Below are positions 26,501 to 38,500 of a stretch of DNA of 64,000 nucleotides, one piece after another. The translations under genes were made by a program, and so were the position numbers. The stretch is from Ascidiella aspersa (lineage: Eukaryota). Numbering within the stretch: the first letter of the stretch is position 1; each line of letters opens with the position of its first letter. The DNA lies in contig OZ004610.1 of NCBI GenBank assembly GCA_963924565.1, positions 7,564,001-7,628,000 of the forward strand. The letters run 5' to 3'. The notes under the pieces are model-generated. The model was not told the DNA's origin. It did not search any database and was given only the letters and a program-made list of their open reading frames with translations.

Positions 26501-29500
26501 GCGGGCCAAAACCAAACTCAGAAAGGTCTCTGCGGGCCGCAATAAGTGTATACTAAGAATGGTGTTATTAAAATGTTAGAGCAACTGTAAATCAGGCGAG
26601 CCTCAGGTCTTTTTTGTACTTAAAAACGTGTTTAATTATATTTAAGAAGGTAGTAAAGTGCTGACGGAAAGCGCGAAAAAAAGCTTTTATTTTGGTATTC
26701 CGGCATTTCTTTTAAATTTCTTGCAAGCTCTGTTTTATTACATTGCCGAAAAAAAAATAAAAAAAATAAAAAAATATATGTCCAATATTTTTGTATACGT
26801 GTTCCGTTTTTCGCGACACACGACAGCATCAAAACGTAAACAAATCGGATGTAGAATGATCATTCGTGCAAAGCGCGAAAATTTTTCGAACTTACGTAGT
26901 TAAAATGTATGTGAAATTGATTCGTGTCTAATTTGTCAAAGAGGCGGCGGGCCGGATGAACTACATCGGCGGGCCGCGGGCCGTAGGTTGCCGACCCCTG
27001 CCCTAGGGGTCTCCTGTTTGCTGTAGCTGGTACCAGGGCTTTGGAGTAAAAACTCAAAAAAAAAACAGTCAAGCCAAACTAAAAACCAGACAAACCAAAC
27101 TCCCCAGTACGACTAAGGCCGAAAAAATAAACTCGAATCCGACTCTCTAGTCCAGATTCGACTTTACAGCATAGTCTCCCTATTTCAAACAGTAATCCTC
27201 TCAAAGGGGGGAGCATATTATTCATTCAATTAATACGTGGTTCGAAAATATTCCATTATATGGTATTCCACTTTTACAACATACAGTTTGGGACCTTAAA
27301 ATTTGGTACTGCACATGCGCACCTATACGACGCGGGACACGGGTAGGCCTACGTAGTCTTACTCGAGTCCCGAGTTCGAGTTCGAGACCGACTCCGACTC
27401 CGACTCCGCAGCCCTCGCTAGCTCCCGGAAAAACAGGAGAGTTTAGCGGCCAAGGTTTGTCGTTTAGGAATAAAGAGTTGTTTAAGATACTCGACTCCGC
27501 TCAGTAACTAGCATTGTTGTTTTTTATTGCCTTTCACCGAGTCCGCGTTGCTCAGTCTGTGGAGCCACGGCCCTCGGAACGTTCGTTGTTGTAAGTGTGG
27601 TTTTATCACATGCTACTTTTGCGAACAATATGGAGCAACGGTGCTATATGGTTAGTTTAAGACTTGTGCACTAACTTGTTTAGTAGATACCCGAAAAACA
27701 GTCGAGGTCGCAAGTTGAAATTTAACGGCGGGCAGCTAGACAAACCATTATAAATTATATACTGGTCGACTGATTTCGGTCGAGGTCACTCGATGTTTGA
27801 ATTTGAGTTTATTTTTTATTATTCAATCAACGAATTTGAAAATCGAAGGCATTAAAATGCCGAGGTCGTACGTAGAACGATTGTTTTGCAGGCCCCAATA
27901 AAAATAGAAGTCCTGTAAACTCACACACGAAAGAAAGCATATAAACAAACGTAAAAAATGATTTGAAAAACAAGTAGTGTAAGTTATTTATTTATAAAGA
28001 CAAAAAAGTGCTTGAAAGTGACATAATTCTGGCTTTGTTATATTTTAATTAAACAAAATCAAATTCTGCTGTTTAGCTTCAAAACTACAATTCATGAATC
28101 GTGTTGAGATCTCTGGAGCATGTATCTGATCTTCAACAGTAAGGTTAATTGACTTATTTTGGTAGGTATTTAATCAACTACGAGAAGAAGCCTGGCATTG
28201 ATTACGATGAAGAGCCAACGATAAGACCTGTGATAGTCTTCCTCGAAAAGGTCTACATTCCCGACCCACTTGAATTCCAGGAAGCTCCCATGAGGGCGAT
28301 ACCGATCAAACAGGTGAGCGTTAACGGTTTAACTTATTTGTAACGTTTTTAGGCCTACTAACTCTTATATATCGGTATAAAGCAGGGGTGTCCAACACGC
28401 GGTACGCGTGCAAAATTTGGCATGCGTCCTTATAAAAAAAGGCACGCAAGTCCTCCAAAAATACTGTATTTGTTATACAGCCAATTTCATTGTTTATTCG
28501 CAATATAAAACAATAGCGGAAATCACGACAACTAATAATTACTGATATTATAGCATTTTATACTGTAGTGGAGGTTATATAGCTAGCGTTCACATAATTA
28601 TTGGTGTGAAGAAACAAGAAGCAAAAGTCAGCTCACCGACGGAAACTATAAGAGGCAGTAATGCGCATTTCTACTATACACAGCTTAATGCCAACCTACA
28701 TTCAGAGTTTAGCTGAAAACAAACGTTTGCCAAGGAGCATTTTTTTTTTTTTTTTTGATTAAATAAACAAATGTTTTTCATCAAAATAAACGATTTTATT
28801 TCTTGTAAGAAAGCGCTTTCAACATTAGAAATTTGGCACGGAAAGTAGTTATAGGTTAAAAATTAGCACATCGCCGTGTTTGCGTTGGGAAACCCCTAGT
28901 ATAAAGGGATGCAAAACCAAACAGTTTTTTCTAGCGCTGTTGGTCGTTTTCTAGATTGATGTTGTTTTACAGCAGTGACTTATATTAACCCATTGTTAGC
29001 AGCGGCTCAGAAATACAGCAAAAGGTTTGACGACTCAATTATCTCTCTGCTTTATAAAAAACAAAACAAAAAAAACATTGATATAATAGCATAAATAAGT
29101 TCGAATGTAATTCATAAGCGCCACTTTAAGACTTCCATTTCAGGGTTTCTCAATGGTGGCCCCCATCTCCCCCCTAGGGGACACAGAGAACTCATTGGGT
29201 AACCCAGGAGCATCTTATACTTCAACTAAGGGTTGTAAACACGTCATTCTGAAATGAAATAAGGGCCACTTAAGTAATTTAAAGTCCCAATCAAATCATT
29301 TATAAAATAACTTAAGTTCAACATAAGTCATTTATAAAATAACTTAAGTTCAAGATAAGTCATTTATGAAATAACTTAAGTTCAACATAAGTCATTTATA
29401 AAATAACTTAAGTCCAATTCAAGTCATTTTCAACAAATAGCAAGTCCCAGTTCAAGTCATTGATTACGCAAAAGTCGAAGCATTCGAAGAAAAAACTAAT

Positions 29501-32500
29501 AAACGTCTAGAAATGGTGAACACGTTCCATCCTGGGCGACATTTCAAATCATTGAAGTATATTTGCCTGACAATGTAGATTTGCTGCATTGGACCGCAAA
29601 TCATGGCTAAATTTCTATATTATTTAGGTGTCATATCGGCACCAAAAACACCTTGGTATCGGACTAGTTAACTACCGATACTGTCATTTGGTATCGGGTA
29701 TCGACTTTGATCCGATGTTATTAGACATCTCTAACAGAAACTTTAAAGAACATTCAATTAAATCAACAGCAACCTGTGAAATCTTTTAAATGTGCGAACA
29801 CTTTTTGACTCAGCACTTGTTTGTAATATTAACTGACATCCTTATTGGGTACACTATGCACGGATCTGTAATGTAGCTTGATAATGAATTGCAAAGCCAA
29901 AAAGGTCGAGTAGATCGACATTATCTTGATTAAGACGTTTCGATACGAGCTTGTATTATCTTCAGTTCATGTAACCGTCACATTAACTAAAGATGATACA
30001 AGCTCGTATCGAAAATCAAGATGTTGTCGATCTACTCGACCTTTTTGACTTTGCAATTCATATCAACTGACTTCCTTTTATACTTACTCTACTTTACAGT
30101 ACAACGGCTTCCCAGACAACTTCATAATGCTTCCTGTGGAAGTAATCGCCACTGAAGCCCCGGTAACCCGAAAGCCCCTGACCAAGGGTCCCGATTCGGG
30201 GGAGTTCTGGTGGGTCTACACGGACCCCCCTCCCGTCACCCGCCCTGTGCCAACTGCCAGGCGAAGGAACGTGCCAACGGCGATGACAGTTGCCATACGC
30301 GCCACTCCTGGCACTCCAGGTCAAAGGCAATACGGTAAGTGTCACGTATGAGGCGTCCGTCGGTCAAGGCTCAGTTTCTCAAACTGTGCGTCGCAAAGCC
30401 CTGGTGCATTGTTTTAAATTTTAAGGGCATCCCACAACAATCCCACTTCGTATCTAAAGTCAGCTGCAGACGAAATGCTTCCAAATAAACTAAAATTATC
30501 CCTTGACATGTGCATTCTTAAATCTAAATCATTATTTCGAAAAAGCTAAAGCGATTAATTTTAATTATATGCTACAAACAGACAAATAAATAAATAACAA
30601 AACATTGAGACTCCGGACAAGTTGGGTCGCAAGTCGAAAAACCTTCTTAAATTCGTAAAAAAAAAAGTTTGAGAACCACTGGGTTAAGGGGGTGGCCAAC
30701 CAGTCGTATATTAATAACTTATTCATGTTAACAGCAATTTTTTTTACAATAGACCAATTTTGAGGTGTCGGTATAAACCAGGCTGCGTAGTCGGACAAGG
30801 GACTCAAAACACTTGTAAAACCACACGATTCCCGAGTCCGACGTGCGCATGCCCGAGCCACATTTTAAAACTGATATGGCCGCGAACTGTAAATTGTAAA
30901 GGTGGAATAACATACGATGATTTTTTCCGACCATTGGTCGATGAACTTTATGACACCCCTAAGAGTGGATTTCGGAATATCCACGTTATTTTAGTCACGT
31001 AAATTGTGAAATATAGGCTGTAAGGTCGAACAAAGACTCATTTGGACAGAGTCGGACTCGGCTTTGGTTTATATTTTTTTGCCGGAGTTAAACTTCGGTT
31101 ATTTTAGCCGACTTAGGATCCCTGAACAACCTGGTCCGACTGCGATGCACAAATCCCTAACAAGTTGTTCGACTCGTTCGGCCCGGAGTCCGGCTCCGAC
31201 TCCACAGCCCTGTATATATAACATCAAACTCCAAACTAGTTTTTCATTCGAATTCCTAACATGCATTTACTTCATTCAGCGCTGCCTTGTCACGAGAGCC
31301 TGGCGCACCGACAGAACCGCTGCGTACAACTTGGCAAGCCAAAAGACGCCTGCTTCGAACCGCAGTGCTCGAGTTACGACGTGGCTCGCTACAGCGCGGT
31401 GCAGTGCTGGAAATACCAGGGTTCGTGCTGGTGCGTCGATTCCAGGACCGGAGCTCGCAGCTCGGATCAGGTGGTTAGGTTCAAGTTCATGCACAAGCTT
31501 TCCTGTATCGGCGGTGAGTTATTTCCTACTGTTGATCAGTGTTGTAAACAAGTCATTTTGAAATGACTTAAGTCACAGTCAAGGCATTTGTAAAATAAGT
31601 TGAGGGTATTTAAAAACACAAAAACAAGCCAAGTTCAAGTCGAGTCATAATTAGAACAAATCAGACTCACATGTCAAGTCCTTGTTATAAAAATATAACT
31701 TTTAACTATTTCGATTGGTAAAGTGGTCCATGATGAACAAAAACCGGACTGTGTCCCCAACGGCTATTTCAGTAAACCTGTTTGTTTATTTTTCAAATCT
31801 ACCCAGGTGATACAGTGATTACTTTTGGTCGTCCTTTTTAGGGTGATCGAAATTTTATGAAAAGTATTGTTCTACTGTTCAATTTGTTGGTTTTAGACAA
31901 TTTGAAATAGCATAAATATGCATATATACAATATATTAATTTTGCTGAAACGTCTTTTAAAACTATAAAACTAGATTTTTTTTTGTTTATTTAAAAAAGT
32001 ATATAATAAAGAAAATATGAATGCTATTTCAAGGTTAATTAGATTCGCTTTACTTCCCAAACCGATGAAATAAAACTGTAAAAATTCTAACTCATGGGCA
32101 ACCGTTCTCCGACAGGATCTGCAACCACGACCACGCCCACCACAATAAAGACCACGCCCCCTCCTGTGACCCTCGCTTCGGGGTCGGCAGCGTTGAAAAG
32201 GCCCCCGTTCGTACCAAGGAACAACTACGACTATAACGAGGTAAGGAAAATAAATTGCAAACTCAATATCAGGCTGCTGAGTCGGTTAAAAACAACCCGA
32301 GTTAGACTCCAGAGTCCAAAATCCGACTCTGGCTTCATTATGGTGATTTTGAGTCCCGAGTCCTGCTTCAACTCTACAGACCGTATTTAACCTATTTACG
32401 TTACTTGTGAATTTTTAGCACTCCAATCATACAAACGTGAATTTTCAGCACTCCAATCATAGGGCTGACATATAAGTTATCGTCACCATGCGTGGTTGGC

Positions 32501-35500
32501 ACATATTCTAGCAAATGCTATTGCATCCTTACAGTTCACAATTTCCAGCGTCATCAGTTTCAAAATTTGGTTTTGCGCATGCGCACGGCGGACTCAGGAC
32601 TGGGGTAGTTTCACGTTGTCTCACTCAAGTCCTGAGTTCGACACCAGCAAAAAAAAAACGACTCCGTCGAGTCCCAAATCCCGTGTCCGTCTCCGACTCA
32701 CAGCACAGCTCAATATATAACGAGGCGAAAGGTAACGTTTGGCCATCCGCCATATTGATGAAAAAAATAAAACAAGTTGTCAAATTATTTCTGGAAAGCA
32801 CAAATAAATTAATTTCTGGTAACCACTTTCTGGTAAGGTTTTCTGAAAAGCACGTCCCTGAAATTGACTTTTCATGTAGAGTTAATGATACCTGAAGTCC
32901 TCAACCTACCTTACAAAATCGTTAAAAAAGCTTTAGTGCACAATTTTTTTTATTTGCACAAAGTTTATATCCTACTGACAAATATCCTTTATTCTAACTT
33001 TTAAGTTACAGTCTGCGAAATGTTAAACAGCCCATATAGCATAGTTTATAAATCGGGTCAAACCTGCTGTGACAATTGTTCTGTGGAATTTTGATCCAAA
33101 TCTGAAACAGCATCGGGTTCAAAAATGAAAGCATCGGGTAGTAAACTGTTTTCCGAAATATAGCAAAAAAATTAAATCGTCTGCTCTCCTTAAATTGCAT
33201 TTTCGGTGTTGAAATGACTTTGATCGACAATTTTTAAACGTGAGCACACAATAAGGACTACAAATTAACAATATCTGAAGAAGAAGAAGAATCTATAATT
33301 CCATAGTACATAATATAGTTTTGGTGTTGGCGTTTCGGCGCCCTAGGTTGAACGACGTCTTTGGGGACACCGCTGTTTTGGCAGAGGACTGTTTTCCCTT
33401 TTGGGGGTGGGTGGGTTTGAAATTAGGTTAGAATCGTTGGTGATGTATTTAGGGGTGTTAGGTAAAACGTTGTATAGGCATTATTCTGGCCATTGTAGGT
33501 TTGTTTCGACATATTTCGGTCTTATTCCGACTTGGCGTTATTACGACTATTAGGTCGTCGGACAATTTCTCATGCAACTTGAGAATAAATTAAACTTTTT
33601 ATTAGCCCTATTTCGGTCTTACTCCGAAACGTAAAAACAAGGCAAGCTGCAAAAAATAAATAACTAAATTAGTTCAATTGAAAGTCAACAAAATGATGAT
33701 TTAAACATTTCCACTTAAACTAGTTAAAAGTCCCTCTTTCGTAACAAGAACCGACGTTGGTGTTTTTCTAATTTTCGGCCATTTAAACGGTTTGCACATA
33801 TAAGTTGTTTTTTTAGGTATTCAGATAAATGGCTTCGAATTTAAGATGCAAAGACGTCATATTCGACGATCCGGCACAACTAAAAAAACCATTGACCAAA
33901 AACTTTGCAGATCATCAGGAACTCGCTGCTTTTTTTCGAGGCGCAACGCTCGGGCAATCTCGATCGAAACAACAGGATTCTATGGCGGTCCAGCTCACAC
34001 ACCGCTGATGGAAAGGATTGCGGCAAAGTCGACTTGTCAGGAGGCTATTATTTATGTGAGTCGCATTCACCAATTGTTATAAGAATTATGTATTTCGCAG
34101 AGTAAAATCTTATTTAATTACTACCAGGGATGTCCGATAATATCGATTTGGAGACGATACCTGATAACAATTTCAAGTTTGGGTACTCGTACGATACATG
34201 TCAACTGATATCGCTGCCAATCAGATACCAAATTAATATAGGAATTTTAAAATAACCTCGGAACGTTTTAATTTTTTAATTTAATTTCGCGTGTTTAAGC
34301 ATAGTAATGACGTCATTTGGTATTGGCACGGATCGCGATACTTTTTGCGCAAAGTGTCGAGCATCAATATAGACATGAAATGTAAAGTATCGGACATCCA
34401 TTATAATGTCAATTTTTCGGACGTCGTACGCTTGACAGTTAATTTTGTTCAACGTTGCCTGTTTACCATTGTATAAAAAGTGAAACGTTAGAAGGTAGAA
34501 AGGGATATTTCTTTTTGAGGCAAATCAGTTAAATGCTATATTGTTTAGTTTTAGGCGTGTTTTTATGTTGGAAAAAAACTAAGCAAACTCTGTTTTTTAT
34601 GTTAATCGACTTATTATGTGTTGCATATACCTTGAACTAGTTTTGGACGTACATGATTACGAGCAGTCACATTAAAGTAGATCACAATGAAACCAATCTA
34701 TTTTTTATCATGCAGCCGGCGACTACGTGAAATTCGGCTTCCCGACTGCGTCCGCTCTCACCATGCTCGCTTGGGGTTTTCTCGAGTTTCCCGACTCATA
34801 TGTGAGCGCGGTGGAGACTGGACACCTCAAGCAGGCACTTAAGTGGGGAACCGACTACCTCCTCAAGACTCACCGCACCAAGTACAGCCTTGTCGGACAG
34901 GTACGAATTGCTATGTGAAAGCGCCGCTGCTTTACTTCCAAATATGTCGCAACTAACTTAATAGTGACTTCGTGACTTGAAGGTGCTGATTCAAGTTAAA
35001 TGCAAGCCTCTTTTTGAACAAATCTCTGTGAATTTTACATCTTGGACCCAAATTGCTCGATTTTTCTTTCAGTCTTTCGGACAAATTAACTGACTTAAAT
35101 TGATGTCGACAAATCCCATTGGTTTTCAAAATGACTTAACGTGGTATTGAGTGATTTAGACTCATTTGGTTAAATACTGGATCAGTTGACCTGGTATCGA
35201 TATCGGAATCGGCTCTTATGTTGCAATCTTTAAACGTAACTGAAAAAGCCATGTAATTTCGCATCGGAGCCGATAGCCACGGTACAATGCCGATCTCATA
35301 CATAATCGATATATAGTCATTTCAGTTGAGGTTCGCGATGCACTGTAGCGATTTTAATTCGCAAACTTTATACAATATATTGCGTTAACACCCAAATATA
35401 ACTAAACCTCTAAGTCTGAACGCTTAAGAAAAGTTTGATGACCAAAAGTCTCGTTTTCATTTAATTTAATGTTTCATGGTGATTTGCTTAATTAATCGTT

Positions 35501-38500
35501 GTGTAATAAAAATACTCATTGTGCAATATTAGAACAATTCAGCCCGATATAATGTTTGTGCTCTTCTAAAAAGGCCCGATATCACATCGAAAAATAGATA
35601 GTTGGAAAATTGGTGTTGTTTTGCTCATTTTACTGCATTAGCAAATAAGCCTTCGTTTGGCGCTTCGAAAAATTATTTTCTTGCATGAAGTATCCCGTTG
35701 CTCCAACAGGTTGAAAAACCTATGACGTACCGGTAACCAATACTTGAATCTGTCAAAATCAAGCTTCAAATTATTTGCTCCTTAGGTTGGCAACCCGGAG
35801 CGGGAAAACGCATTCTGGACTCGGCCAGAGCACATGAGGATCCCCAGGCCTTGCTTCAACATCACCAGCAAGAGTCCTGGATCCGACCTCGCAGGGGAGA
35901 CTGCTGCTGCAATGGCCGCCACTGCCAAGGTTTGGTTGGCAACTGGAAGCTCTATGCGTGAGTTTATCTCCACTGGTAATTGGTAACTGTTATAGGAGGT
36001 TATAATCAAGTACGAGTAGCAAAGTGGTAGCGCAAGCAGGGCCAAATCATGCCTTTTAGAGGTCCTAAACTTTTATATTTTGGTGCCCTATATGAGTCAT
36101 TCAAAATATAAACACAGAGTATAAATATAGAGAGGTTCAAGATGATACTTAAGAAAGAAAAATAAGCTAAAATGTATTTTAACTGGGACATTATTGAGGT
36201 CTAAGTCGTCTGACCAACTCGAATTGTGTCGTTAAACACTGAGGCACCATTTAAAATTGTTTTCCTTTGTGCCCTATGCACATGCGTATTTTGCTTAATG
36301 GTTCAGCCCTGAGGAGAAGAGTATATATGGTAGACCTTTGCCAAGTTCTTCGTTATGTAGGAGGAAAAACTGAATCAAGAGTCACTATTACCAACTATTG
36401 TCTGTAACTTTGACATGTTCTTCTTTCAGTTGAGTTTGAGTAGCAAGTGGTAGCACCAATATTTAGTATCTAATATTACGAGTTTAGTTTGTAAGATTTC
36501 AGTTATGTCTCGCCAAAAGTAACCATAACAGTAAGCTAAGTTCATAAAATAGTGAGTACATTTTGGTAAAAGTTAAGCTTGATAATGCCTCACTGAAATC
36601 TGAGGAATAACTGCTCCCAAAAGTGGATTAGTCAATCGCGCATGTTTACTTTAATAAAGCTTTGATCTAATAAGTACAGCAACTAAAAACACCACTATTG
36701 GGTATAAATTCACATACGTTTAATTCAACAGTATTTCGTTTAGGTCTGCTGACGAAAAAGTGTACCTAGAATAAGTATCAATTACTGAATTGTAACATCA
36801 AATATGATACAGTCAAGTCTGAGGAATAGCGCATCAGTAGAGACTATACAAATTATTCAATAGAGACTATACAAATTAAGTCCAACAACTATTGCACCAA
36901 CGAGAGATTTATCTCGATATTGCAAACCTTGTGTATCGATAAGCGGTTAATAATATTGGAGTAGGCCTATAACTTTGTAATTTATATATGAATTTCTAAC
37001 GTGGTCATGTATATTTTTTAAGGTTAAAAGTTTTACAAAGAGTAGCAAACCCTTTACCATTTCGTAATTTATATAATTTCGTCAAAAGCCTAAAAATTGG
37101 ATTCTCTTCTTGTATTTAGTACAAATCACGGTTTACAATCCAAAGTTAAACTTCACGATCTGAAAAACTTACGTCCATAATAATAAACCTTGTATTTTTC
37201 GGCAAATCAAGTCTTTAAAAGGTGTGCAACTTTTCTTGTTTATTTTAAGGTGATCCCTACGTCATCACTCTGCTGAGTCACGCTCGGGACCTATATGACT
37301 TCGCACTAAAGTTTCGCGGAATTTACTCGAATTCGATGCGTGCGGCTCGAGACTTCTACCCTTCGTCGGGGTGAGTTTAAAACAAATAACATAACCGGTT
37401 AAAACGTAATAAAATCGACATTTCGCAGTTTACAGACGTTTTAGCAATATTTTTTGCACTGATGATGGCATGATGCCCATCTACTCGACCGTTTTGACTT
37501 TGCAATTCTTTATCAAGCTAGAGTTGTATTGTGCATGAGTAGAATAATGTTATATTTATATTAAAATAACACAAATAACTCCACAGATACGGGGACGAGA
37601 TAGTGTGGGCTGCCCTTTGGCTCTACCAGGCCACTGGCGAGTTGCGCTACCTAGCGGACGCGGGCCGACTGTACCGCGAGTTCGACCTGGACAAGAAACA
37701 GGGGGACGTGTCCTGGGACAACAAGGTGGTCCCTGTCCAGATCCTGATGGCCAAGAACGCCATGAAGGCCGGGGCGCCCAACGCCGGTCAAGCCTTTCTT
37801 AATTCGGTGGTCGGCTTCTGTAACTTTAAGTTGCCAGGTGGGTGGATGTTAAGGTTTTGGGGTGTTTTCTTGTTTTTTAGTTTGTCATTTGATTGGCCTG
37901 ATTTGAAATATGTTAGGTTGAAATGATCTTGTTGTTGGTATTAAAGCTTTCGTACGTGTGCAAGTCACCTTTCGAACCGCATATATAACCATTGTTTTTC
38001 ACACTTATTTTTTGTGTCAAAAATTAAATGAAAAAATGAAAAGTTTTTAAGTCATTTGAAATAAAAATTTATTTTTTTATTTCTAATCATTTATTGCTTT
38101 TAAATATTGGCCAGGGGCACTTTCAATACCATTGTTAGGTTGTGTTCCATGAAAAAAACAGCAATTCGAGCAATAAACAAAACAATTTTTGCCATTTCAT
38201 TAATTTTTAATAAATCTCAAAGCCAAAAAGTGCGAGTAAACCGACATGATCTTTATAACGAGGTTTCGATACGAACTTGCAACATGTGATACAAGTACTT
38301 ATCGAAACGTCTTTAGACTCTTTATCAAGATGATGTCGATTTACTCGACCTTTTTGGCTTTGAGATGTATTATTAAGCTATATTACATATCCGTGCATAG
38401 TAAACCTCTTCACTTTCAGTTGTTAAAAAATAGGATTAAGAAGTCACGTTTGTGTTTTAAGGAAAACACACACGACACAAAGATGGTCAACGTTGTTATT

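Noticed and set aside
27542-27590. GC-rich segment ending in GTAAGT inside intron 3
   Set aside because: Candidate exon lengths (49 or 35 nt) break the frame, and exons 3 and 4 already join in phase
29296-29420. Regular ~31-bp repeats resembling a CRISPR array
   Set aside because: No unique spacers, eukaryotic context, part of a GACTT-rich MITE
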